Shown here one piece after another: positions 28,106 through 38,200 of a stretch of DNA of 64,000 nt. The DNA lies in contig JAZRUG010000015.1 in assembly GCA_045652425.1 (NCBI GenBank), positions 1,240 through 65,239 on the forward strand. The letters are read 5' to 3'. The notes below the pieces were generated by a model. That model was given only the letters and a program-made list of their open reading frames with translations. It did no database searches and was not told where the DNA came from. This DNA comes from Eubacteriales bacterium. GTDB lineage: Bacteria; Bacillota; Clostridia; Oscillospirales; CAG-272. Positions within the stretch are counted from its first letter, which is position 1; each line of letters starts with the position of its first letter. The position numbers were made by a program, and so were the translations under genes.

Positions 28106-29161
28106 TTACTTCATATACTTTTTGCGGTTTTCTTCAAGAATTCTGTCGCGCTCGATTGCTCGAACTCTCTTCATTGCTTCAACCGTCATATCCCACGTAC
28201 GCTCGGGATTCTTTGCTGCATAGTTATTAGATTCACTACCCATAAAGCCCCATGCCAAAAGTGTTCTTGCCCCCGCATCATAAGCCGCGTGAGTCGCTTG
28301 GATTATTTCTTCTTCTCTTCCTCGGGGTGTCTTATATGTCTGAATCCAAATGTTGTGGTCCTTGTTGAATCGACTGCAAACGTCAAGCGTTCTCTTAGTT
28401 CCCGCATATACGAATTCATAAGGATCTGCATCTTTATAGTTCAACCAATATGGGTCAGAACCTATATTGTCAAGTGTAGGAATACTGCAAAGTCTATCAA
28501 TAGTGCTGAGATCCATACCGGTGTGGGGACGGAGCATTACGCAGATTACGTTCTTTATTCCAAGTGATGCGCTGTATTCGGTTACTTCTTTATAATAGTC
28601 AACAATTGTATCTGTTCTGAACTCTTCTACGTCAGCATCAGCCAAAAGGGGCATCGGTCTGCCGTATTTTTCTTCAAAAAGTTTCTTACATCTTGGGCAG
28701 CAGCAGCCGTAATATCTGTCTTCGGATTCGGGAGAAACCTTCTTCTTTGGAATGTGAGGCTCGTCCCAAATTATAGTCTTTCCGCCTATTTCGGCAACTG
28801 TATCAATCCAGTCCTTTATAAACTTACGTAAATCGGGGCTGTTAAGGCACGCATAAGTAGGCATCATATCGCCGTTACTGAAATACATGTGTGAATCGGG
28901 GTAATAAGCAAGAAAATGTGATTTGTCTCCGGGAGGGCCCGACAAGCCCCAAGGGTCTACCCAGATATCCAAACCTGCATCCTCGGTTATCGCAAAGATA
29001 TCCTTCATTCTGTCCTTGTGTCTGTCCCAGTCTGTGTGTGATAACATATGAACAACTATGTCCATATCCGCCTTTGCTATCTCGCGCATATCCTGTCTTA
29101 CGTGAGAGGGCATACGGTTGCCGTGATAAGCAACACCTGTCAGCAATGATCTTTTTGCCAT
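28106..29161 (-). CDS. Cytoplasmic TIM-barrel-like hydrolase/isomerase candidate; function unknown
   Basis: 351-aa ORF with no signal peptide. Alternating beta/alpha pattern and a CCCPRC motif. No confident family assignment. Confidence 0.35.
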   Translation of the reverse strand: MAKRSLLTGVAYHGNRMPSHVRQDMREIAKADMDIVVHMLSHTDWDRHKDRMKDIFAITEDAGLDIWVDPWGLSGPPGDKSHFLAYYPDSHMYFSNGDMMPTYACLNSPDLRKFIKDWIDTVAEIGGKTIIWDEPHIPKKKVSPESEDRYYGCCCPRCKKLFEEKYGRPMPLLADADVEEFRTDTIVDYYKEVTEYSASLGIKNVICVMLRPHTGMDLSTIDRLCSIPTLDNIGSDPYWLNYKDADPYEFVYAGTKRTLDVCSRFNKDHNIWIQTYKTPRGREEEIIQATHAAYDAGARTLLAWGFMGSESNNYAAKNPERTWDMTVEAMKRVRAIERDRILEENRKKYMK

Positions 29162-29309
29162 TTTTCTTACCTCTTTCTTTCTGTAATAGAAATTTTCGGC
29201 CGAAGTCCCTCGGTCAATTTTATCGTAACATATTCAAAATCTCTTGTCAATAAATCACGATGATTTTTTGCCTTTTTTTCGTTCGGATTTGTTATTACTT
29301 ACTGTAACG

Positions 29310-30746
29310 TCAATGCAAAAGCAATGCCCAAGCCAAACCGTAATAGCTCACTACTGCCACAAGGTCATTTACCGTCGTTATCAGCGGTCCCGATGCAACG
29401 GCAGGGTCAACCTTCAAGCGATACAAGCAAAGCGGTATTGCCGCCCCCGTAAAGCCTGATATCATCATCGCAAAACACATCGCTCCCCCGATACACGATG
29501 CAGTCGTTAAAGCAAATCCCATTCCGTATCCCATTAACAAGGAAAGATACACCGCTGTAATCACAAAAGATATTGCACCAATAACCATACCGTTCAAAAA
29601 AGCAACACGTGTCTCTTTTGCTATTATACTTAACTGTTTCTTAAATCCGTTCTTTTCATCCTGTCCGAGCGCTCTTACCGTTACGGCAAGAGACTGAGTT
29701 CCGACGTTACCTGCCATACCCAGTATCAGCGATTGGAAAGATACTATCATCGGCAAAGCGTCAACCACTCCCTCGAATAATCCAACAACGGCAGATACAG
29801 CAAGTCCCATAAACATCAGCACTATCAGCCAAGGTACCCTCTTTTTTATACTTTTCAACAGACTCTCGTCGGGTTCTTCCTCTTCGGTCAAAGCCGCTAA
29901 CTTTGCATAATCTTCACCCAACGCCTCATCTACCATATCTATTATTACGTTTGCTGTAATTACACCGAGAAGTCTTCCGTCAACAGAAGAAACTACGGGT
30001 ATCAATTCCTCGGAATATCCTCGCAAACGTTCAATATTGTCGGAAATATTATCCCTGTCATATACAAAAGGAAACGTCGTGCTTATAAGCTCTTCGAATT
30101 CGTCGTCGCTTCTTGCAACTATAAGAGCCTTCAAATCAACTGCTCCGTAAAATCTCTCTTTTTCATCTACGACAAACACCGTATATATATTATCATTTTC
30201 AGCCGCCTGAAAAATCAGCTGCTTCATTGCATCTTTTATTGTGATTCCACGCTTAACGGCTATATAATTCGTGCTCATCTTGCTACCGAACTCCTCTTCT
30301 TCATAAGAATCAATAAGCTCGATATCTTCTTTAATATCTTCGTCCTCAATAAGCTCAAGGACCTCATTCCTCGTCTGTTCGTCAAGGTCATCAAGTGCAA
30401 AATGTGCGTCGTCGGCATCCATATTCTCAATAATGTCCGCCGCCTCTTCTCTGTCAAACGACGATAAATACTCGCCTGCATAGTCAAGATAAGAAAAAAC
30501 GTCGGACAGAGTTTCAGTATCAAGTCCTCTGAAAACACGGCCTAACTCATCTTCATCTAACTGCTCAAGAATACACGCAATATCGTTCGTGTGGTATTTT
30601 TTCAGCTGTTCTCCCAGTTCCTCATCTGTAATGCTTCCTCGAATAATTTCAAGTATCTCCGCACCGTAGTCTATTTTCTCAACTTCAAATAATTCTCTCT
30701 TTTCCAAAATAACACCGCCCTTCTGAATCAATATATTTTGGAGCAT
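29310..30746 (-). CDS. mgtE: Magnesium transporter MgtE
   Basis: Acidic MgtE_N domain, CBS pair and C-terminal TM domain (GNVGTQSLAVTVRAL, PLITTVNDL). Confidence 0.9.
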   Translation of the reverse strand: MLQNILIQKGGVILEKRELFEVEKIDYGAEILEIIRGSITDEELGEQLKKYHTNDIACILEQLDEDELGRVFRGLDTETLSDVFSYLDYAGEYLSSFDREEAADIIENMDADDAHFALDDLDEQTRNEVLELIEDEDIKEDIELIDSYEEEEFGSKMSTNYIAVKRGITIKDAMKQLIFQAAENDNIYTVFVVDEKERFYGAVDLKALIVARSDDEFEELISTTFPFVYDRDNISDNIERLRGYSEELIPVVSSVDGRLLGVITANVIIDMVDEALGEDYAKLAALTEEEEPDESLLKSIKKRVPWLIVLMFMGLAVSAVVGLFEGVVDALPMIVSFQSLILGMAGNVGTQSLAVTVRALGQDEKNGFKKQLSIIAKETRVAFLNGMVIGAISFVITAVYLSLLMGYGMGFALTTASCIGGAMCFAMMISGFTGAAIPLCLYRLKVDPAVASGPLITTVNDLVAVVSYYGLAWALLLH

Positions 30747-30861
30747 ACTGCGTTGTATTATGCTCCTTTTTTATTATATTGATTATTGTATATCAAAATA
30801 GTTTCGTTTTGTCCATGTTGTCCGCTATGTGCATTGACTTAACCTAAAAAAAAGCGTAATA

Positions 30862-31641
30862 TCAAAATAGGTCGTCAGTATGTAACCTGCGGTATTCCGT
30901 GGGACTTACCCCCATCTGTTTCTTAAATATTCGGCTGAAATAAAGAGGATCTTTATACCCAACAGCTACAGATATGCTTGCAACGCTCATCGCTTCTCCC
31001 TCTACAAGCATATTGCAAGCAAGGCGTATCCTTTCTTTTATCACATAACCTGCAGGCGAAACGCCGTAACGGCGTTTGAAGATTCGCCGCAAATATGCGT
31101 CGCTTATCCCACACAGTTCTAAAAGCTTTTCTACGGTCAAATCAGAGTCTGTCAAGTGTTCTGTCAAATATTTCTCGACAGGCTCAAGTAATTGTCTGTC
31201 CCTTACAGATAAATAACTTCCCGAAAGGTTATTTGCCTTATCTAACAACATATATAAACACGATAAAACGCCGTACAATCTCTCTTTTTGCCAATATCGG
31301 TACATTTTTTCCGCAACAGATGCTACGTCCTGCGACGAAGACACCGGCAGTTTGTAAATATCTTCTTCGGGATCTTGACAGGAGTCAAAATTTACTACGT
31401 AAGAATACCCCGGCGTTACCTCTCTTATATAGTACGAGCTTCCTTTTTTGACAAATAATATCTGCCCCTCGCCAAGTAACCATTTCTTGTCGCCGAAGCA
31501 GTACTCGGTTTCGCCTTTTATCTTAATTATAAAACCGTTGGAACGGCGGCTGAGCATCTGTCTTGTTCCGCCTATAGACACATCACGAAACATACTGCTT
31601 ATATTTAGTCCGATATAAAGCATTTTTTCTAAAAACTCCAT
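30862..31641 (-). CDS. AraC-family transcriptional regulator (cupin sensor + HTH)
   Basis: C-terminal ISDAYLRRIFKRRYGVSPAGY...GYKDPLYFSRIFKKQMGVSPTEYR. ATG at 31641 lies 7 nt after GGAGG. Confidence 0.88.
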   Translation of the reverse strand: MEFLEKMLYIGLNISSMFRDVSIGGTRQMLSRRSNGFIIKIKGETEYCFGDKKWLLGEGQILFVKKGSSYYIREVTPGYSYVVNFDSCQDPEEDIYKLPVSSSQDVASVAEKMYRYWQKERLYGVLSCLYMLLDKANNLSGSYLSVRDRQLLEPVEKYLTEHLTDSDLTVEKLLELCGISDAYLRRIFKRRYGVSPAGYVIKERIRLACNMLVEGEAMSVASISVAVGYKDPLYFSRIFKKQMGVSPTEYRRLHTDDLF

Positions 31642-31736
31642 ATTCACCCCTCCAATATGTTTATTGTAACATTACATATTATTTCCGTCAAGCAGATTTT
31701 AAAAAACATTTTTTAATATAAAAGGAGATTTGTATC

Positions 31737-32669
31737 ATGATCAAACAAAAAAAGTACAGCGGTATTACCGTCCCCGTTCTCACCCCCGTTCTTGAAGATG
31801 AAACCGTAGACGAAAAAGGCTATCGCCGTCTTATCAGATACCTTCTCGATAACGGTGTACACGGCGTTTTTGCCTGCGGAACCTTAGGTGAAACCATGTC
31901 CTTGACTCAAGCTGAAAGAGACCGCGCTATTCGCATTGCGGCTGACGAATGCAAGGGGCGCGCAAAGGTTTTTGCCGGTGTTATGGACACGAGTACAAAA
32001 AGAGTTATTGAAAATATTAAAAGAATCGAAGACTGCGGCTGTGATGCGGCGGTAATAACTCCGGTTTTTTATGACAGACACACTTCTCAAGGAGAAATCA
32101 TCCGCCTTTTCGAAGATACTGCAAAGGCTACGAATATTGACCTTGTTGCATATAACATCCCCTCTTTCGTTGTAGAAAAGATCGAACCTGCAACAGTTTC
32201 AGCCCTTGCTGACATTGAGGCTGTTAAGGCTTACAAGGACAGCGCAGCTAATTTTAACGATACCGTTAAGGTATGCAACGCTCTTGCCGACAGAGAGGAC
32301 TTTTCCATACTCAACGGTACTCCCGTTCAGTATATGCCCTCTGCTCTTCTCGGCTGCGACGGCTGTGTTCCCGGTATGGCTTCCATGTACCCCAAAGTTT
32401 TTGTCGAAGCATATAAGGCTTCTTTGACGGGCGACGTTGACCTTATGCAGAAATTCAATAAGCTTGTCTGCCTCGCGGGTTCCGTATACGCTTCTGCAAA
32501 GAACGGTACGGCGGCTGTTAAGTATGCGGTTTCTACTATGGGCTTCATCAACGAAAGAATTCTCCGTCCTCAAGACGGCTGTTCGGATGAGGAAAAAGCA
32601 AAGATACACAAACAAATGGCTATATGCGAAGAAACATTCAAAGCCGAGGGAGTTGAAAGCATATTATGA
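31737..32669 (+). CDS. DapA/NanA-family class I aldolase or dehydratase (Schiff-base lysine enzyme)
   Basis: GVFACGTLGE, YNIP and VKAYKDS (catalytic Lys context). Substrate unknown. Confidence 0.8.
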   Translation: MIKQKKYSGITVPVLTPVLEDETVDEKGYRRLIRYLLDNGVHGVFACGTLGETMSLTQAERDRAIRIAADECKGRAKVFAGVMDTSTKRVIENIKRIEDCGCDAAVITPVFYDRHTSQGEIIRLFEDTAKATNIDLVAYNIPSFVVEKIEPATVSALADIEAVKAYKDSAANFNDTVKVCNALADREDFSILNGTPVQYMPSALLGCDGCVPGMASMYPKVFVEAYKASLTGDVDLMQKFNKLVCLAGSVYASAKNGTAAVKYAVSTMGFINERILRPQDGCSDEEKAKIHKQMAICEETFKAEGVESIL

Positions 32670-33709
32670 AAGTAAATGCAGTTAAATACAAGGAATTTTG
32701 CCTTAATGCTCTTATAAAATGCGGCGTAAAAAAAGAAGCGGCTGAAGCTATTGCCGACTGCTGTGTTATGACCGATATGATGGGAATTACCACTCACGGC
32801 TCGGTAAATATACCCAAATATATAAATAAAATGAACGCAGGCGGTATAAATAACGATGCAGTTCCTTCGGTTATTACCGAAGGTCCAACCTGGGCAAGAC
32901 TCAACGGAAACGGCGGCTTCGGTATGTACAACGGTAGATACGCCATCGATCTCGCTATGAAAAAGGCGGATGAAGTCGGAATGTCAATCGTTACGGTCAG
33001 CGACAGCGGACATTTCGGCGCTTGTTGCTGTTACAGCGTATATGCCGCTGAAAAAGGCTATCTTGCTATTGCAATGAGTAACACGGTAAAGCTTATGTGC
33101 GTTCCGGGCGGTAAAGGCAATATTATCGGTAACGCGCCTATTTCCTATGCACTTCCACGTCAAGACAAACACCCTATATTTATGGATATTGCGCTCAGCG
33201 AGGTCGCAAAACTCAAAGTCGTTCAGTATCAAAAAGAGGGCAAAAAAGTCCCTGACGGTTGGGTGGTTGACGAAAACGGACTGCCCACCAACGACCCGCA
33301 GGGGAATAATTTCTCTATGTGTCCTATGTCTGCACATAAGGGTTACTGCCTTGCTTTCTTGGTTGAAACCCTTACCACCGTTCTCTCGGGCGGCAGCTTC
33401 GATATAAAGAGCTGGCTGTTTGCACCACCGGAAGTACAGTCTAATTTGGGACATACAATGATAGTTATAGACCTCAAAAAAATGATGGATCCTATGCAGT
33501 TCGCAAGCCGTCTTGAAGAATATACAAACGAAATAGTCAATGCCCCCAAGGCGCTCGGCTTGGAAAAGATATTCTATCCCGGCGAACCTAACTGGATAAA
33601 CTATGATAAGGCTTCCGAATCGGGCCTCGATTTGCCCGAAGCAACGGTCGAAGCCGCAAAATTATTAGCCGAAATGTCAGGACTTTCTTTTGAGGAGGTA
33701 GTTTTATGA
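32666..33709 (+). CDS. Ldh_2-family (malate/L-lactate dehydrogenase type 2) oxidoreductase
   Basis: GITTHG, DSGHFGA and HKGY motifs. ATGA overlap with the upstream gene. Confidence 0.8.
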   Translation: MKVNAVKYKEFCLNALIKCGVKKEAAEAIADCCVMTDMMGITTHGSVNIPKYINKMNAGGINNDAVPSVITEGPTWARLNGNGGFGMYNGRYAIDLAMKKADEVGMSIVTVSDSGHFGACCCYSVYAAEKGYLAIAMSNTVKLMCVPGGKGNIIGNAPISYALPRQDKHPIFMDIALSEVAKLKVVQYQKEGKKVPDGWVVDENGLPTNDPQGNNFSMCPMSAHKGYCLAFLVETLTTVLSGGSFDIKSWLFAPPEVQSNLGHTMIVIDLKKMMDPMQFASRLEEYTNEIVNAPKALGLEKIFYPGEPNWINYDKASESGLDLPEATVEAAKLLAEMSGLSFEEVVL

Positions 33710-35139
33710 AAATGCTTATAGGCGGTATGGAAGTTGACGCTTCCGACCTTTCCTTTACAAATAATATTAACCCTGCTACGAGCGAGATAATCGATACCGT
33801 TCCCACAGCTACGGCTGACGACCTTGAAACAGTTATTTCAAATGCTGTTATCGGTCAAAAAGAGTGGGCGGCTATTCCCTTCCACAAAAGAATGGAGATA
33901 CTCGAAAAGTTCGTTGTTCTCATTCAGGATAACGAAGAAGCTATCGCAAAAACTATGGCAATTGAAGGCGGTAAGCCCATCGCTCAGGCTATCGGCGAAA
34001 TAGGCAGAGTCAAAGATGCTTTCAGACTGTATATGGCTGAGGCTCGCACTATGTACGGCAAAACTATCCCCCTTAACTCCGAGCCCCGCGGTATCGGCGA
34101 CGTATGCTTTACTGTTTTTGAGCCGCTTGGAGTTATTGCCGCTATATGCGCCTTTAACTTCCCCGGCGTTCTCTTCTCACATAAAGCCGCGGCTGCCCTC
34201 TGCGCAGGTAACAGCGTAATACTTAAGCCTGCAAGCGATACCCCCGGCGCAACAATGATGATGACAAAATTGCTCCTTGAAGCAGGTGTTCCCGGCAATG
34301 CCGCACAGTGCATTACAGGTTCGGGTGCTGTTGTGGGCGACGGATTGGTTTCTGACCCCCGTGTTGCAGGTGTTACGCTTACTGGAAGCACACGCGTTGG
34401 TATAAACGTGGCAAAGCAATGCGCTGCTCAGCTTAAACCATACTCTCTTGAGCTTGGCGGTAACGACCCCTTGGTTATTATGGACGATACTTCCGTTGAC
34501 GAGGCTGTTGAACAGGCTCTCGGCGGCAGAATAGCAAACGCAGGACAGATATGCTGTTCGAGCAAACGCTTTATCGTTCAGAATACCATAAAAGACGAGT
34601 TTGCAAAAAAATTGGCTGACAGGCTCTCTCAGATGAAGCTCGGTGATCCCCTTGACCCCGATACTAAAGTCGGCCCCGTTATTAACGAAAAAGCCGCAAA
34701 AACTATTATCGACCAAATAAATACTGCTGTTTCCGAGGGCGCTAAGATACTCTACGGCGGACAGCGTGAGGGTTGCTTCGTTACGCCTACGGTACTCGTT
34801 GACGTTCCAAAGAACAGCAGTGTTGCAACCGACGAAGAAATCTTCGGTCCCGTGTTCCCCGTTATCGGCTTCGACACTCTCGACGAAGCTATTGAGATAG
34901 CTAATAACAGCATATATGGACTGTCCTCGGGTATTCTCACAAAGGATACAAAAATTGGTATGAAATTTGCCCTTGCTGTTGATGCAGGCGGTGTTGTCGT
35001 CGGCGCCAACGGTAACTACAGACTTACCCAACAGCCTTTTAACGGTCATAAAATGTCGGGCTTCGGTTCGGAAGGTACTATGTACACACTTCACGAAATG
35101 GTTAAAGTTAAAACCATCGTTCTTAAAAATGTGTTTTAA
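33706..35139 (+). CDS. NAD(P)+-dependent aldehyde dehydrogenase
   Basis: ELGGNDP and GQICCSSKR (catalytic Cys); EEIFGPV. ATGA overlap with the upstream gene. Confidence 0.9.
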   Translation: MKMLIGGMEVDASDLSFTNNINPATSEIIDTVPTATADDLETVISNAVIGQKEWAAIPFHKRMEILEKFVVLIQDNEEAIAKTMAIEGGKPIAQAIGEIGRVKDAFRLYMAEARTMYGKTIPLNSEPRGIGDVCFTVFEPLGVIAAICAFNFPGVLFSHKAAAALCAGNSVILKPASDTPGATMMMTKLLLEAGVPGNAAQCITGSGAVVGDGLVSDPRVAGVTLTGSTRVGINVAKQCAAQLKPYSLELGGNDPLVIMDDTSVDEAVEQALGGRIANAGQICCSSKRFIVQNTIKDEFAKKLADRLSQMKLGDPLDPDTKVGPVINEKAAKTIIDQINTAVSEGAKILYGGQREGCFVTPTVLVDVPKNSSVATDEEIFGPVFPVIGFDTLDEAIEIANNSIYGLSSGILTKDTKIGMKFALAVDAGGVVVGANGNYRLTQQPFNGHKMSGFGSEGTMYTLHEMVKVKTIVLKNVF

Positions 35140-35160
35140 TAAATATTCTACACTATAACA

Positions 35161-35196
35161 AAAAATATCCCGCTTGAAAAAGCGGGATATTTTTTA
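35161..35196. terminator. Bidirectional terminator between convergent genes
   Basis: aaaaatatcccgct-tgaaaa-agcgggatattttt. Confidence 0.8.
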
Positions 35197-35221
35197 TCGT
35201 TATTGGATTAACATTATTAAT

Positions 35222-38200
35222 TTACGCTGCTACGTTAAGAGTCTGAAGAACAGCCTTACCTGCTGCAAGTTCAACCTCGATAGTATATGTATAGCTCTTG
35301 CCCTTGTAGTTGCTTGTACAGAGATAACCGTCCGTTGTATTGCCTATGTACGTAGCACTTGTACTTGTTGTAAACAACTGACCTACATTATATGCGTTAA
35401 CGTTAGTCAAGCCTGTCTTTTCAACCTTATCAAGAACGTTGCCGTTTTGGTCTTTTATTGTAACTCTTACAGCAATAATAGGATAGTTGGACTCAACAAT
35501 ACCTAATTTATACTGAGTAGGCGCTTCAAGCGTCTCTTTTGTAGCCAACTTAGTCAAACCGACATATTGTTTCTCTGTCTCGTTTGTCATAAATTCGTGG
35601 GGTCTGAGAATAATACAGCTCGGCTCACTTGTTGCGAGTGTCTTGAACGTGTATTCGTGTTCCCACCACGTTGAATCATATCCGTTTAACAATGTAAACA
35701 GTTTATTCTGTTCGGATTCAAGTGTATCCGTCTGCTCTATCATCAAAACATAACTCTTGTCAGGATTAATCTTTCCGTTGCTGTCTCTGACAACTTTTAC
35801 CGACTGAACCATACGTGTATGACCGCCGCCGGCTGTTCTATACATAAAATCGCCGGGCTGTGCCAGTGCATAAGATTCATACATAGCTTCTGCACCATAA
35901 AGCTTCATTACAGAGTTCGTATAGGAAGAAACCCCATAGTACAAATCCTTGAGTCCGAGAAGCTTCATATTGGGATTGCCTCTTGACGAAGCGTGGAGTC
36001 TCGATACTTTTTGATAGCCGTGATACATCGCTGCACTGCAGTGGTTACCTACTACGTAGTTCCAGTCTGTAGTACCACTGTAATTTGAATCACCTGCACC
36101 AAGTGTATAAACTGTATTTCCTTTAAATGTTTTTTCGCTCGGTTCACCTAACGCTGCTTCAAAGTCTGCTAAAGTTGCTCTTGTGTTCGCATAAAGAACA
36201 CCTTTATAAATTGTACCTTTTACAAATTTTGTATTTGGAACAAAGCCTGTAGCGCCTTCAAGATTAGAATATTGGAAAGTAGTCGCAGGTGTCCAATAAA
36301 TGTTGGACTGTTCTTTCATATGATTGATAGGCGTCTGAGGCATGTTACTGAAATCAACGTTAAATGAATCATAATATGACGCGTACAATGTAGAAAGATT
36401 TACTGTAGGTTCAGTATAGCTGTATGAAGCAATGGTCTTCATACCTTCGTTTCCAACTTCTGCATTAACTGTCAATGTATATGTTTTTCCGTCAACAAGA
36501 TACGGAAGCACTTTGCTCATATCAAACTGCGACAAGTTTACAAGGTTCATATTCTGGTCGCCGTATTTATTGCAATATACGGTTTCATTGTAGAACTCGC
36601 CGTCATTGCCGTTTCTGCTCAATTTTACGTTAACTGCAATAATCTGCTTGTTCGAAATAAGTTCACCGGAAAGGATACCTGTCTTTATAGCATTTGCTCC
36701 GTCCAAACCAACCACAAACGTTGTTGTTTTACTTTGAGTACCCGCAGCAAGTTCGGGAAGCGTTACGGGAATAAATCCACCGCTGTATAAAGAATCATAC
36801 GTTTTTTCAGTCGACTGGAAGTGAGTATTGTTTTTCATAGTAGGATTGAAAGTCATAAGCTTCAGCGCATCTCCGCTACCGGCATCTTCCATAACCATGT
36901 AAATACTTCTTCCTGCGCCTGCTTCGTCGCTCTGACAACAAATCAACACGTCTCCGCGCTTACATGCAGCGTAAGCCGCTTTCATTCCTGCTTCGCCGAC
37001 AGATGCCACAATTGCATCCGTATATTTGGCTGTAGATGCAACCTTATAACCGCCTACAGCAACAGTTCCCTGTTTTCCGGGAATAAAGCTTGTAAGAGTC
37101 GTCAACCAAACCTTATTGGTTCCAACCTTGTTCCATACGTTAACTATCATTCCGGTATAGTCGGATGCAGGGAAAAAGCTTTCTATTTCATAATATTTTT
37201 CATCTAACTTATACTTATTAGACTCAACATAAGTTGCCTGATCGCCGGTATAACCAAAATCATTTATACCCTCTATAGGACCGTAATATACGTTTGTTCC
37301 GTCCGATCTGGTCTTTATGTACGATTTAAATTCTCCAAGTTCATGTTTTGCGTTGTTAATATACGGCATACCGTAATAAATTGTGCCTGCCGTGTACGTC
37401 TTTCCGCCGCTGTGCTTAACGCCGTTCGCAATAACCTCTTCGGTCAAATCAATATTTGTACTCGGTGTCCATGCAAAGTTAGCATTCGCATTCATCTCAG
37501 CTACAACAATATCACGGAGTCTTTCTGCATTTTCAGAATCGTAAAGATTGCTTGAAGCTGCAACATATTCATCATACTTATCGAGAATATTGGCTTTTAT
37601 CCATTGTTTATCTTTTTCAGTTTCCTGATCCATTTCGTCTGCATACGCAGCATTTGCTACTTCAAGTACGGTTCTGCTTATAGCATCAGAATAGCTTGTA
37701 TATGTCTTTCCGTTATAGTCATACTCTATATATGCAACAGCAACGATATAGTTATCGTAGTCATTTAACTGAATGTCATCATAAACTGCAGCAAACGTGG
37801 TTTTTTCGTCATTGTTGTAAACACCAAGTTCATCATATTCTTCTCTGAATTTTGTTCCGAATGCTGTCAATTCTTCTATGCCTTGTACTGTGCTTATATC
37901 GGTAATCTTACTTGCACCGTAAACGGAACCGTCCCAAATATAGAAACCGTAATCCTTTACAGTTACATCTTTTTCGGCACTTCTTGACATTTCCGCAACA
38001 AATCGAAGTCCGCCTTTTGTATTTTTGGTGCTAATCTGTGCACCTAAAACTGTCGGTGTCGGGTCATCAACAACCTTTACCGTTTTATTCAAACCGGTTA
38101 TGGTTTTTCCGCAATAAGTACCTGTAACGGTAACATTCTTTCCTGCTTCGCTGCTATCACCGTTAAATATAAATTTACTGTCGTCGGGAGAGTAAGTAAT

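Noticed and set aside
30747-30861. Possible M-box (Mg2+) riboswitch upstream of mgtE
   Set aside because: The intergenic region is only 115 nt, is AT-rich, and lacks the conserved M-box blocks I can recall. This was not tested with a covariance model.
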